Origin: Ilumatobacteraceae bacterium
GTDB taxonomy: Bacteria > Actinomycetota > Acidimicrobiia > Acidimicrobiales > Ilumatobacteraceae
DNA: 64,000 nt
Reading direction: 5' to 3'
Assembly (NCBI GenBank): GCA_963704915.1
Contig: CAVPIC010000007.1
Location: 123,819-187,818 of the forward strand
The first letter of the stretch is position 1. Each line of letters begins with the position of its first letter. Under the pieces are notes generated by a model. It did not search any database and was not told the DNA's origin. It was given only the letters and a program-made list of their open reading frames with translations. Both the position numbers and the translations under genes were made by a program. Positions 1-9,402 of the stretch are shown one piece after another.

Positions 1-424
1 GCTCACGGCGTTCGTGGGCCCGAAACGTCGTGTCGCCAACGGCAGACGGGTCGTCGAGGGCCAGCACCTCATGCAGGCGACCAGCGACATCTTCCTCGGG
101 TGGACATCGGTCGTCGGTACCGACGAGGTCAAGCGTGACTACTACTTCCGCCAGCTGCGTGACTGGAAGGGTTCCGCCGCTGTCGAGACGATGGACGCCA
201 ACGGGCTGGCCGTGTACGCCCGCATGTGTGGCAAGACGTTGGCTCGGGCGCATGCTCGATCCGGCGACCGTGTGGCGATTGCGTCCTACCTCGGGTCGAG
301 CCAGACGTTCGACAAGGCGATCGGCGAGTTCGCTGTGCAGTACGCAGACCAGAACGAGCGTGACTACGAGGCGCTCCTGGCCGCCGAGACCGAGGGCCGC
401 ATCGAGGTTCGACGCGGGCTGTGA
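1..424 (+). CDS. DUF2252-family protein, C-terminal fragment (5' end outside window)
   Basis: The frame is open from the window edge to the stop at 422-424. The tail (FLGWTSVVG...DYYFRQLRDWKGS...ARAHARSGD...FAVQYADQNERDYEAL) matches the conserved C-terminal half of DUF2252 proteins. Confidence 0.7.
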   Translation, partial: LTAFVGPKRRVANGRRVVEGQHLMQATSDIFLGWTSVVGTDEVKRDYYFRQLRDWKGSAAVETMDANGLAVYARMCGKTLARAHARSGDRVAIASYLGSSQTFDKAIGEFAVQYADQNERDYEALLAAETEGRIEVRRGL

Positions 425-496
425 CGGACCCATCCACCGTGCTCGCCCGGCGAACCGGCTAGCTTCGCCCCCAAACACGACGAGGGGATCACGGGC

Positions 497-1057
497 ATGA
501 GCAACACGATGGAATCCGGTACCGGACTGGAAGGTCTCCGAGTGGCACGCGAGTGGCCGGCGGTCTTCGTGATGGGCCTGGTCACCCTGGCGCTCGGCGT
601 CGTGGTGATCTCCTGGCCGCAGGAGACGCTCAAGGTGATCTCGGTGCTGATCGGTCTACAGATCCTCGTGTACGGGATCTACGGCCTCGTCTCGGCGTTC
701 GCCCACGACACGGTCTCACCAGGCTGGACCGGTTTCGTCGGGATCCTCGGGATCATCATCGGCATCGTCGTGCTGCGCAACCCGTTCGAGACCGTCGCCG
801 TCCTCGCGGCCCTGCTCGGTGTGGTGTGGATCATCGGTGGCATCATCCAGTTCATCGGATCGATCGCCGACGGGGGAGCGGATCATCGCTGGCTCGGAGC
901 GTTCGGCGGCTTGCTCTCGGTCGCCGCCGGCATCGTCGTCGTCTCGTGGCCGGCGCCGACCGTGACCGTCGTGGCGTGGATCTCCGGGCTCTACCTGATC
1001 GTGTTCGGGCTGTTCCTCTGCGTGTCGGCCTTCCAGCTGCGCGGCCTCACGAAGTAA
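497..1057 (+). CDS. HdeD/DUF308-family membrane protein
   Basis: 186 aa made of repeated hydrophobic helices with the DUF308 pattern (LALGVVVISWP..., VVLRNPF..., GIVVVSWP). Confidence 0.7.
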   Translation: MSNTMESGTGLEGLRVAREWPAVFVMGLVTLALGVVVISWPQETLKVISVLIGLQILVYGIYGLVSAFAHDTVSPGWTGFVGILGIIIGIVVLRNPFETVAVLAALLGVVWIIGGIIQFIGSIADGGADHRWLGAFGGLLSVAAGIVVVSWPAPTVTVVAWISGLYLIVFGLFLCVSAFQLRGLTK

Positions 1058-1070
1058 GGGCCACGCCCGT

Positions 1071-1475
1071 TCAGGGCGCAGGGCTCAGCAGGTGAACCGT
1101 GTCGCCGTGAAGGGCCGAGAGCCCGCGATCGAAGGTGACGAGTCGCTCCGCATGATTCGCAGCCAGCGCTACGAGATACGCGTCGGTCACCTGCCGATGC
1201 CCCAACACGCCGCCGAGTCGGTTCCGCTCGTAGGGCAGTGAGTCGGGCCAGAAGCGATGCCACGGTTGCGCCCGGAGAACTTCGAGGACGGAGATCGCGT
1301 CGTCGGCCGTGTGGCCCTCCCGCAGCAGGAATCGCAAGAGGGTTCCTTCGGTGATCGGGCAGGTTGCCAGGGAGGCGTCCGTGCCCTCGAACCATGCGAC
1401 GGCAGTCTCGTGATGGATGTGGTCCTCGACCGTGAGCGCGATCAGCACGTTGCCGTCGGCCAGGTACGTGCTCAC
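1071..1475 (-). CDS. vapC: Type II toxin VapC (PIN-domain ribonuclease)
   Basis: 134 aa with the YLADGNVLIAL start and acidic PIN residues (D..E..D, TFD near the C-terminus). It overlaps the upstream antitoxin gene by 4 nt. Confidence 0.85.
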   Translation of the reverse strand: MSTYLADGNVLIALTVEDHIHHETAVAWFEGTDASLATCPITEGTLLRFLLREGHTADDAISVLEVLRAQPWHRFWPDSLPYERNRLGGVLGHRQVTDAYLVALAANHAERLVTFDRGLSALHGDTVHLLSPAP

Positions 1476-1693
1476 TCGTCGTCCAGCGAGCGCACGTCCT
1501 CGGCGGTGATCGGTCGACCGACCCGAACGATCGGAAGTCCCCGTTTCGAGGTGGGCACCGTCGCCGGCGTGGATGATCGGAGCCCAGCTCGAGCGAGCGC
1601 GACGACGACCTCGCTCATCGACTGGTTGTTCTCGTGTGCCAGCTGGCGTGCCAGGTCGTGGAGATCGTCGGGGAGATCGATCGTCGTGCGCAC
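1472..1693 (-). CDS. vapB: Type II antitoxin VapB (ribbon-helix-helix type)
   Basis: 73 aa starting MRTTIDLPDDLHDLARQLA, typical of RHH/VapB antitoxins. It has an ATGA-type overlap with vapC. Confidence 0.8.
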   Translation of the reverse strand: MRTTIDLPDDLHDLARQLAHENNQSMSEVVVALARAGLRSSTPATVPTSKRGLPIVRVGRPITAEDVRSLDDE

Positions 1694-1724
1694 GAGCGCA
1701 TCATAGCATCACTGCATCAACGCG

Positions 1725-2130
1725 TCATTCCCGGTCCATCGACACGGCCATCCCGGGGAGCTCGACCCAGGGCTGCTTGTGCTCGCACCAGGCTTCGACA
1801 TTCGGCGCGACGCCGGACTTGTCGTCGAGCGTGCCGGCCTTGACGGCGATGAGCCCGGCCGGCTCGATCATCGAGGAGTAGATCGGCGAACCGCACGAAC
1901 CGCAGAAGTTGCGATACACGTAGACGGCGTCGTCGTTCTCGCCACGATCCTCGAACGTGGCGAGGTCTCCCTCCACGGTGAGCTGGTTCTCCATCGCGAT
2001 CAGGTTCACGGAGAATGCACCGCCGCTCTGGCGTTGACAGTGATCGCAGTGGCAGACCGCGGTGGCGATCAGGTCGCCGGTGAGTTCGTAGGTGATCTTG
2101 CCGCAGAGGCATCGTCCGGTTTGTGCTCAT
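1725..2130 (-). pseudogene. GFA-family (glutathione-dependent formaldehyde-activating / CENP-V-like) protein with a disrupted 5' end
   Basis: The GFA frame reads AQTGRCLCGKITYELTGDLIATAVCHCDHCQRQSGGAFSVNLIAMEN... but has no start codon. The only ATG (2130) is in the +1-shifted frame, followed directly by TGA in the GFA frame. The first in-frame start (GTG 2009) would remove the CxC...CxxC zinc ligands. Confidence 0.55.
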
Positions 2131-2256
2131 GGCCCGACGCTAGCGGTTCGGCGTGGTCCGGATCGGAGGTGGAGGACCAATATTTACCGTGAGTAGATTT
2201 CGAGGAACCCATCGACTACTGTTCGGTCCACACACCATTCGAAAGAGGGGAACGCG

Positions 2257-3609
2257 ATGACCACGATCGACGACACCACACCGATGCACCTGCGAGGGAA
2301 CGGCAGGCCCGTGACCGAGGAGCTGACGCTCACCGACCTGAAGGTCACCGGAACGATTCCGGCCGAGCTCGACGGCCGGTACGTCCGCAACGGCGCCAAC
2401 CCACTCACCGGGCTGAGCGATCACCCGTTCTTCGGCGATGGCATGGTGCACGGCGTGCGCCTGCGTGACGGCTCCGCGGAGTGGTACCGCAACCGGTACG
2501 TTCGCACCCCGTTCATCGAGGACCCGACCACCGACATCCTCGATCCGGCCGTCATGATGGACATGACCGCGTCGAAGGCGAACACGCACGTGTTCGGCCA
2601 CGCCGGTCGGATCCTGGCGCTCGAAGAGGGTCACTTCCCGTACGTGCTCGACGGCAACCTCGACACCGTCGGCCCGCTCGACTTCGGCGGAGCACTCACC
2701 GGGTCGTTCACGGCGCACCCCAAGGTCTGCCCGGTGACCGGCGAGCTGATCGCGTTCGGCTACTCGGCGTTCGAGCCGTACCTGCGCTACCTGCGGGTGT
2801 CGGCAGACGGCCAGCTCGTGCAGACCGAGGAGATCACCGTCGGTGGGCCGACGATGATGCACGACTTCAACGTCACCCGCAACAACGTGATCTTCATGGA
2901 CCTGCCGGCCGTGTTCGACCTCGAGCTGGCGATGCAGGGCGAGATGCCGATCCGCTGGGACGACGACTATCCGGCCCGTCTCGGCGTGATGCCCCGCACG
3001 GGCAGTGACGCCGACGTGACGTGGTACGAGATCGAGCCGGGCTATGTGTTCCACCCGATGAACTCCTACGAGGACGGCGACACGATCGTGCTCGACGTCG
3101 CTCGTCTCAGCCACATCTGGCGCGACTCGATGATGGACTTCCCGCCGCCCGAGCTGTGGCGTTGGACGATCGACACCACCAGTGGCAAGGTGAAAGAAGA
3201 GCAGATCGACGACCGCCCCGCCGAGTTCCCGCGGGTCGCCGACTCGGTCGTCGGGCTGAAGCACCGCTTCGGCTACATGATGGGTATCCCCGACAACCCT
3301 GACTACACCGACCCGGCGAATCAGACCGGAGCGATCATCAAGTACGACCGCGAGACGGGCGAGCGCGTCGAGCACGTGCTGGGTCGCGGCCGCCTCTCGG
3401 GCGAGCCGGTGTTCGTCCCCGCCGATGGCGGGACTGCCGAGGACGACGGCTACCTGATGACGTTCGTCTACGAGGCCGAGACCGACTCGAGCACGTTCAT
3501 CGTGCTCGACGCCGCCACGATGGACCAGACCCCGGTCGCCTCGATCGAGCTGCCACGGATCCCGTTCGGGTTCCACGGAAACTGGATCGACTCGTCGGTG
3601 GCCGATTGA
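2257..3609 (+). CDS. Carotenoid oxygenase family dioxygenase (CCD/RPE65 superfamily), paralog 1
   Basis: 450 aa with TGTIPAELDGRYVRNGANP, FFGDGMVHGVRL, WYRNRYVRT and the C-terminal FHGNW motif. An RBS-like AGAGGGGAA lies upstream. Confidence 0.9.
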   Translation: MTTIDDTTPMHLRGNGRPVTEELTLTDLKVTGTIPAELDGRYVRNGANPLTGLSDHPFFGDGMVHGVRLRDGSAEWYRNRYVRTPFIEDPTTDILDPAVMMDMTASKANTHVFGHAGRILALEEGHFPYVLDGNLDTVGPLDFGGALTGSFTAHPKVCPVTGELIAFGYSAFEPYLRYLRVSADGQLVQTEEITVGGPTMMHDFNVTRNNVIFMDLPAVFDLELAMQGEMPIRWDDDYPARLGVMPRTGSDADVTWYEIEPGYVFHPMNSYEDGDTIVLDVARLSHIWRDSMMDFPPPELWRWTIDTTSGKVKEEQIDDRPAEFPRVADSVVGLKHRFGYMMGIPDNPDYTDPANQTGAIIKYDRETGERVEHVLGRGRLSGEPVFVPADGGTAEDDGYLMTFVYEAETDSSTFIVLDAATMDQTPVASIELPRIPFGFHGNWIDSSVAD

Positions 3610-3630
3610 CGCAGATCGACCTCCGAGCCG

Positions 3631-4152
3631 TCAGGGTTGGCGGCCGGTGAACGCGATCAGACGATCCTGGGCGCTCGCGTCGTCGGCGACCTCGACGGCC
3701 GGGGCGAACATCGTGCCGCTGCGCAACATCTCCTCGGGCATCCGCTGCAGGCCGATGAGCGCCGCTTCGACCGCCGCGAGCGGCAGCGTCTCGTCGACCC
3801 CGAGCGAACGCGCGAGGTCCCACGAATGCACGAGGAGATCGGTGATCAACAGCCCCAGCACCTGCTGCTTCGGCATGCCACCGAACGCTTCGGCAACACC
3901 CTCGAGGTTCGAGGGGTCATCGAGCGCCGCCGACAGCGCCGGGCGAACGTCGCTCCACGCGTCGCCTGGCGCCGCGCCCGCGCCGAGGATCCCGCCGCCC
4001 ATCGCTTGCCAGTGCATCGCATGATCGACGAGTTCGCGCACGCTGAACTCCTCACACGTGGTCGGCTTCGACCAGTCGTCGTCGGTGATCGCATCGGCGA
4101 CCTCGGTCCACTTGTCGGCGGTCAAGCGCCAGACTGCTGCTTGTTCGGTCAT
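3631..4152 (-). CDS. TIGR03086 / DinB-like (mycothiol-dependent maleylpyruvate isomerase N-terminal domain) protein
   Basis: 173 aa containing WSKPTTCEEFSVRELVDH...H...LLVHSWDLARS, the pattern typical of this actinobacterial family. Confidence 0.7.
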   Translation of the reverse strand: MTEQAAVWRLTADKWTEVADAITDDDWSKPTTCEEFSVRELVDHAMHWQAMGGGILGAGAAPGDAWSDVRPALSAALDDPSNLEGVAEAFGGMPKQQVLGLLITDLLVHSWDLARSLGVDETLPLAAVEAALIGLQRMPEEMLRSGTMFAPAVEVADDASAQDRLIAFTGRQP

Positions 4153-4250
4153 GACCGCGAACCGTATCGCGTGCTCGAGACCCAGTTCGCCGTGGCCGAT
4201 CGGCTGCGCCGTGCCATGATCAGTTCAGCTGTACCCACGAAGGAGACACC

Positions 4251-5645
4251 ATGACCATCACCGAGCCCAACACGTGGAATTCGCCCTACCTGCAGGGGGT
4301 GTTCGCTCCGGTGACCGAGGAGCGCTATGACACCGCGCTGAAGGTCGTGGGGGAGATCCCCGCCGCACTCAACGGGATGTTCGTGCGCACGGGACCGAAC
4401 CAGCAGTTCGCCCCGATGGGCGCGTATCACCCGTTCGACGGTGACGGCATGTTGCACGCCGTCTACATCGAAGACGGCGCAGCCCGCTACCGGAACCGGT
4501 GGATCGAGTCGAAGGGCCTGCTCGCCGAGCGCGCCCGCGGGCGCGCCTGCTACGGCGGCATGACCAACTTCTCCTTCCCCGACGACGACGTGATGCAGGA
4601 GGGCGGCATGATGAAGAACACCGCTAACACCGCAACGGTCCGTCACGCCGGACGCTATTTCAGCATGGTGGAAGGCTCGCTTCCGACCGAATTCGACACG
4701 GAACTGCGCACGCTCGGCGAGTACGACTTCGGTGGCCGTCTCGACGGGCCGTTCACCGCGCATCCCAAGGTCGACCCGATCAGCGGCGACATGATCTTCT
4801 TCGGCTACAGCCCGATGGCGCCGTACCTGCGCTACCACGAGGTCGACGCGACGGGCCAACTCGTCCACAGCGCCGACATCGACCTGCCCGCCGGCGTGAT
4901 GATGCACGATTTCGCGATCACCGAGCGCTACGCCGTGTTCTTCGACGCTCCGGCCGTGTTCAACATGGACGCGTTGTCGACCGGCGAACCGATGGTGAGC
5001 TGGCGTCCGGAAAACGGCACCCGCATCGGGATCATGCCGCGCCGCGGCACATCGTCCGACATTCGCTGGTTCGAGATCCCCAACTGCTTCGTCGTCCACT
5101 TCTCCAACGCATGGGACGACGGCGACACGATCGAGATCCGAGCGCCGAGGATGGAGGACATGCCCGACGCGTTCGGATCCGACACGGGTGGCGCTCGCCT
5201 GCCGATGCCATGGCGTTGGGAGCTCGATCTCGCCACGGGATCGGTCACCGACGAGCAGACCGACGACGTGCCGGGAGAATTCCCCCGTATCAACGACGCG
5301 ATGATCGGCCGACGCAACCGCTTCGGTTACAACGGCACCGCTCGCGGTTGGGACACCAACTTCGACTTCAACGGCGTCATGCAGTACGACTACGAGCGCG
5401 GGAGCTCGGCGCATTACACCTACGGCCCGACCCAGGTCAGCGGTGAGCACATCTTCGCGGCCGATCCGGACGGGACGGCCGAGAACGACGGTTGGCTGAT
5501 GACCTTCGTCACCGATGCCGAGACCGAGAAGTCCGAGCTGGCGATCATCGATGCCCGCGACGTCTCGGCGGGACCCGTCGCCCGGATCCAGATGGCGGCG
5601 CGCGTGCCGGTCGGCTTCCACGCCAACTGGTTCGCCGCCGACTGA
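4251..5645 (+). CDS. Carotenoid oxygenase family dioxygenase, paralog 2
   Basis: 464 aa with GEIPAALNGMFVRTGPN, FDGDGMLHAVYI, YRNRWIES and FHANWF. A strong RBS (GAAGGAGA) lies upstream. Confidence 0.9.
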   Translation: MTITEPNTWNSPYLQGVFAPVTEERYDTALKVVGEIPAALNGMFVRTGPNQQFAPMGAYHPFDGDGMLHAVYIEDGAARYRNRWIESKGLLAERARGRACYGGMTNFSFPDDDVMQEGGMMKNTANTATVRHAGRYFSMVEGSLPTEFDTELRTLGEYDFGGRLDGPFTAHPKVDPISGDMIFFGYSPMAPYLRYHEVDATGQLVHSADIDLPAGVMMHDFAITERYAVFFDAPAVFNMDALSTGEPMVSWRPENGTRIGIMPRRGTSSDIRWFEIPNCFVVHFSNAWDDGDTIEIRAPRMEDMPDAFGSDTGGARLPMPWRWELDLATGSVTDEQTDDVPGEFPRINDAMIGRRNRFGYNGTARGWDTNFDFNGVMQYDYERGSSAHYTYGPTQVSGEHIFAADPDGTAENDGWLMTFVTDAETEKSELAIIDARDVSAGPVARIQMAARVPVGFHANWFAAD

Positions 5646-5648
5646 CTC

Positions 5649-6590
5649 GTGCGCGCAGTACGGGTTCACGACGGACACGTCGCGGTCGACGACGTCCCGA
5701 CGGTCGACGGTGCAGGCGTGCGCGTCCGTGTGCGATCCGCCGGGATCTGCGGGTCGGACCTCCACCTGATCGACGCCGGCGTGGTCGAAGCGGCGCAGGT
5801 GACGCTCGGCCACGAGGTCGCCGGGCTGACCGACGACGGAACGCCAGTGGCGGTCGAGCCGCTCGCGCCGTGTGGCACATGCGGCCCGTGCGTGGACGGC
5901 GACTACAACCTGTGTCGCTCGGGTGGGGCGATGCTCTTCGGGATCGGTCGCGATGGCGGGATGGCCGACGAGATGTGGGTGCCAGCGCGGGCGCTGGTGC
6001 CGCTGCCCGTCGGCATCGATGTCCGTGACGCATCACTCGTCGAGCCACTCGCCGTGGTCGTGCACTCGTTCCGCCGTGCCGCGGTGCGGCCCGAGCAGCG
6101 CGTCGCCGTGATCGGTGGCGGCTCGATCGGGCTGTGCGCGGTGGCGGTCGGTCGTGCGCTCGGATGCGAGGTCGGCCTCGCCGCACGGCACGACCATCAG
6201 CAGGTGGCGGGGGAGCGGCTCGGCGCGTCGGAGATCTCCGGCGAGTACGACGTGATCATCGAAGCCGCCGGATCGGAGACGGCGCTCGCTCAGGCCGTCG
6301 ACCTGGCCAAGCCGTCCGCGCAGGTCGTGATTCCCGGGATCTACTGGGGCCCGGTTGCGCTGCCCGGCCTGATGATGTGTCTCAAGCAGGTCAGCCTCTG
6401 CCCGACCACGCTCTACGGCCGCCACGCCGGTGGTCGCGACGTCGACAACGCGGCAGCGTTGCTGGCAACGACGCCGGAGCTGCCCGCAACGGTGGTCACG
6501 CACCGCTTCGCGCTGGACGGAGCCGTCGAGGCGTTCGAGGCGGCGGCGAGTCGCTCGGCCGGAGCGATCAAGGTCATCCTCGAACCCTGA
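5649..6590 (+). CDS. Zinc-dependent alcohol dehydrogenase (MDR superfamily)
   Basis: 313 aa with the AGICGSDLH and GHEVAG zinc motifs, CGTCGPC structural-zinc cysteines and a GGGSIG Rossmann motif. The GTG start lies 3 nt after the CCD2 stop. Confidence 0.85.
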   Translation: MRAVRVHDGHVAVDDVPTVDGAGVRVRVRSAGICGSDLHLIDAGVVEAAQVTLGHEVAGLTDDGTPVAVEPLAPCGTCGPCVDGDYNLCRSGGAMLFGIGRDGGMADEMWVPARALVPLPVGIDVRDASLVEPLAVVVHSFRRAAVRPEQRVAVIGGGSIGLCAVAVGRALGCEVGLAARHDHQQVAGERLGASEISGEYDVIIEAAGSETALAQAVDLAKPSAQVVIPGIYWGPVALPGLMMCLKQVSLCPTTLYGRHAGGRDVDNAAALLATTPELPATVVTHRFALDGAVEAFEAAASRSAGAIKVILEP

Positions 6591-6591
6591 C

Positions 6592-8202
6592 TCAGCTGAT
6601 CGGGCGGACCGCGCCTGCGACCGGGTCGACCTCGACCATCGCTCCGTCCGTGATCGACAGTGCGCCCGACGCACCGATGACGGCCGGGATGCCGAGCTCG
6701 CGAGCGAGCACGGCCGCGTGCGACATGGCACCGCCGTCGACGGTGACCACCGCCCCGGCGATGCTCAACACGAGGTTGAATGCCGGCGAGGTCGCCCGCA
6801 CGACGAGGACGTCGCCGGGGGCGAGCCGCTCCATCGCGTCGTCGGCGGAGTCGGCGACGACCGCCCGCCCGGTGTAGCTGACCGAGCCGACGCCGGTGCC
6901 GCTGAGCGGGGGATCGGTGCGATCGCCGGCGAGTCCGGTGTACTTCATCGAGAACTGCACCATCGCGACGGTCGTGGCGAGCGCGGACGGCAATGCGTCG
7001 AGCGGTGGTTGTGCCTCCGGATCGCCCAGGAGCAGCGGTGGATCGAGCGTTGCCTGGGCGAGGCGCGTCGTGGCGCGAGAACGTAGCTCGCCAGGTGTCG
7101 GCGTGGTCGTGCCGAACAGCCCTCGGGCCTCGTCCGGGGTCAGTTCGAACACGTGGTCGCCGACCCCCAATCGTGTCCCGGCCTCGAGGAGCGCACGGCG
7201 CAGGAGCCCGGCCGGCCACTCGATGGTCATCGGGCCCTGGTCGTCGCGCATGTCCATGACGTTGCGGGCATCGGCCAACACCCGATCGAACGTGTCGCGG
7301 TGCTCGGCGGGAACCTGGCTGCGAAGCCGAGCCGCTGTCGCCACGTCGTCGTAGGAGGGCGCCGGTTCAGCCGTTCGGATCGACTGCAGCACGAGGTCGG
7401 GCAGCTCGCCGAGCGTCGACGCGGTGATGTCGTAGCCGGTCGCGAGCACGTGGCCGTGCTCGCGGAGGTGCTCGTCGAGGAGCGCTGCGGCGTCGTCGGA
7501 AGCGGCACGCACGTCGTCGAGTGAGGTGACCGGCGTCTCGGCTTGCTCGATCAAGAGTCGGATGCGATGCAGCCGCTCCCTGGGATGCACCGTCGAGGGC
7601 GACGCACCGGCGAGCGCGTCGATGGCCGTCGCCGGATCGATTCCCCAACCATTGCACTCGTAGAGGTACCGGGCGATCGGGCCCAGATCGTGCCCGTGGA
7701 GCCAGAAGTGCAGCTCGTAGTTGTCGTGCAGGTGATCCAGCAGCTCGCCGACATGCTCGCGGAGTTCGTCGTCGGTGTGCGTGGACGGATCGACGTCCTG
7801 CAGGCGCAGGTTCTCAGAGCGCAGTGATGGTCGGATCTCGCGGTGCCAGCGATCCACCACGGCGTTCGACGGTGACGTCGCCAGCGTGTTGGTCGCTGTC
7901 TTCGCTCGTTTACGGAACTCGGGATGTACTCGTGCGGCCAGCCAGAGCAGGGGAGTGGGTGGCGGCTTGCTGGGCGGCTTGTCGGCGCCGATCAGCGGCC
8001 GAAGTCGCGTGTAGTAGAAGCCGTTGACGAACCGGGCCTCGATCGTGTCGGCCGGCACCCCGAGTTCGGCGAAGATGCGCCGGAAGCCGTGCTCCATGCC
8101 GTCGGTCATCAACCACTGACTGATCGGGGTGACACCACCCGTGTAGTGCGACCGATCCAGCTGCCACTGGCCGGGCCCCGGCACGACGAAGACATCCCCC
8201 AT
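6592..8202 (-). CDS. PEP-utilizing enzyme family protein (C-terminal mobile phosphohistidine domain)
   Basis: The C-terminus (VLVVRATSPAFNLVLSIAGAVVTVDGGAMSHAAVLARELGIPAV) is the PEP-utilizer swivel domain. I chose the start at MGDVFVVPG (8202); the upstream ORF-track extension is Arg/Ser-rich noise. Confidence 0.7.
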   Translation of the reverse strand: MGDVFVVPGPGQWQLDRSHYTGGVTPISQWLMTDGMEHGFRRIFAELGVPADTIEARFVNGFYYTRLRPLIGADKPPSKPPPTPLLWLAARVHPEFRKRAKTATNTLATSPSNAVVDRWHREIRPSLRSENLRLQDVDPSTHTDDELREHVGELLDHLHDNYELHFWLHGHDLGPIARYLYECNGWGIDPATAIDALAGASPSTVHPRERLHRIRLLIEQAETPVTSLDDVRAASDDAAALLDEHLREHGHVLATGYDITASTLGELPDLVLQSIRTAEPAPSYDDVATAARLRSQVPAEHRDTFDRVLADARNVMDMRDDQGPMTIEWPAGLLRRALLEAGTRLGVGDHVFELTPDEARGLFGTTTPTPGELRSRATTRLAQATLDPPLLLGDPEAQPPLDALPSALATTVAMVQFSMKYTGLAGDRTDPPLSGTGVGSVSYTGRAVVADSADDAMERLAPGDVLVVRATSPAFNLVLSIAGAVVTVDGGAMSHAAVLARELGIPAVIGASGALSITDGAMVEVDPVAGAVRPIS

Positions 8203-8269
8203 GGCGAGACATCCTGGCACAGTGGCTGACCGGCGGTCGTCGAGTCGACCGTGTGCTACGACAGGTCGC

Positions 8270-9178
8270 ATGGCACTCGAACTGGGGATCAGCACCCCGT
8301 GGGATCTCTGGAAGCTTCCACACGACGAACAGCGCCGCCGACTCGCCATCATCGCAGAGGCTGGCATCGACCACGTCTTCACCGCCGATCACGTCTCCTT
8401 CCACGACGGCCGTGGCATCGACGGCCTGGTTCATCTCGCGGCGATCAGCGCGCTGGAGCCGAGGCTCGGGCTGCAGGTCGGGGTGTATCTGTTGGCGCTG
8501 CGCCATCCCATGATCGCTGCTCGCCAGATCGCATCGCTCGCCGAGGCAGCGCCAGGGCGTCTCACGGTCGGCGTCGGCGTCGGCGGCGAGGACCGTCACG
8601 AGGTCGAGGTCTGCGAGGTCGATCCGGCGACGCGGGGGCGACGCACCGACGTTGAGCTCCGGCTGGTTCGGTCCCTGCTCGCCGGCGAGACCGTCGACGG
8701 TGACGGCGAGTTCTTCTCGTTCGTCGGCGGTGTGATCCGTCCGCAGCCGGACCCGGCCGTCCCGTTCCTCGTCGGGGGTCGCAGCGAGGCAGCGGTGCGA
8801 CGTGCCGGGTTGCTCGGCGAGGGCTGGCTCGCCGCCTGGTGTTCACCGTCTCGCTTCGCGTCGGCCACGGCGATGGCCGAGGAACTCGGCGCCGATCGCG
8901 ACGTCGCATGGCGACACGGATTGCAGGTCTGGGTCGGTCTCGACACCTCCCGCGAGGCTGCACGGGCACACGTGGCCAGCTCGATGGAGGCGTTCTACGC
9001 GACCGATTTCGAGCGCTTCGAGCGCTACACGCCGTACGGCTCTGCTGACGACGTCGCCGAGTTCCTGTCCCCGTACGTCGCTGCCGGCGCGACCGTGCTC
9101 AACCTCACACCATGCGGACCCGACCGCGACGCCGAGGTCGAGTTGCTCGCCGACGTCAAGCGCCTCCTCGGTCCCTGA
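8270..9178 (+). CDS. LLM-class (luciferase-like) flavin/F420-dependent oxidoreductase
   Basis: It starts MALELGIS and contains GIDHVFTADH, GVYLLALRHP and a TVGVGVGG pattern typical of LLM/F420 enzymes. Start is set at ATG 8270. Confidence 0.8.
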   Translation: MALELGISTPWDLWKLPHDEQRRRLAIIAEAGIDHVFTADHVSFHDGRGIDGLVHLAAISALEPRLGLQVGVYLLALRHPMIAARQIASLAEAAPGRLTVGVGVGGEDRHEVEVCEVDPATRGRRTDVELRLVRSLLAGETVDGDGEFFSFVGGVIRPQPDPAVPFLVGGRSEAAVRRAGLLGEGWLAAWCSPSRFASATAMAEELGADRDVAWRHGLQVWVGLDTSREAARAHVASSMEAFYATDFERFERYTPYGSADDVAEFLSPYVAAGATVLNLTPCGPDRDAEVELLADVKRLLGP

Positions 9179-9187
9179 CCCCCTGAC

Positions 9188-9239
9188 CGTTTGCGTGACG
9201 CTTCCGGTGGACCGGGGCACGCAAAGTGCTGCGCAAACG
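9188..9239 (+). repeat. 52-bp element with inverted termini CGTTTGCG...CGCAAACG (copy A)
   Basis: Sequence: CGTTTGCGTGACGCTTCCGGTGGACCGGGGCACGCAAAGTGCTGCGCAAACG. It has the same length and ends as the copies at 41813-41864 (minus) and 57839-57890. The first 25 nt are nearly identical in all three. Confidence 0.7.
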
Positions 9240-9402
9240 AGCGTGTGTATCTGTAGGGAAGATCGCAAATATCTCTGTGATCTATGCGGGTGATGGGAAT
9301 GATGCGCCGATGAGCCTGTTGTACGAGTCGCTGTCCTCGACGGCGCGAACATCACCGGCGACTTCGCCCCCAGAAGCCGCACTGCAGAGAACCAGGAACG
9401 AC

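Noticed and set aside
2140-3576. Long antisense or alternate-frame ORFs in the track (for example 2140-3576, 4149-5813, 18523-20088, 37945-39972, 54166-55998, 15174-16346, all minus strand)
   Set aside because: Their translations are Arg/Gly/Val/His/Asp-rich with no family signatures. They lie exactly opposite well-supported genes. This is the typical open-frame artefact of high-GC DNA.
9226-9402. The upstream part of ORF 9226-9813 as coding sequence
   Set aside because: It overlaps the 52-bp repeat and the most AT-rich stretch of the window. The cNMP domain begins well downstream, and ATG 9403 has an AGGAA motif at suitable spacing.
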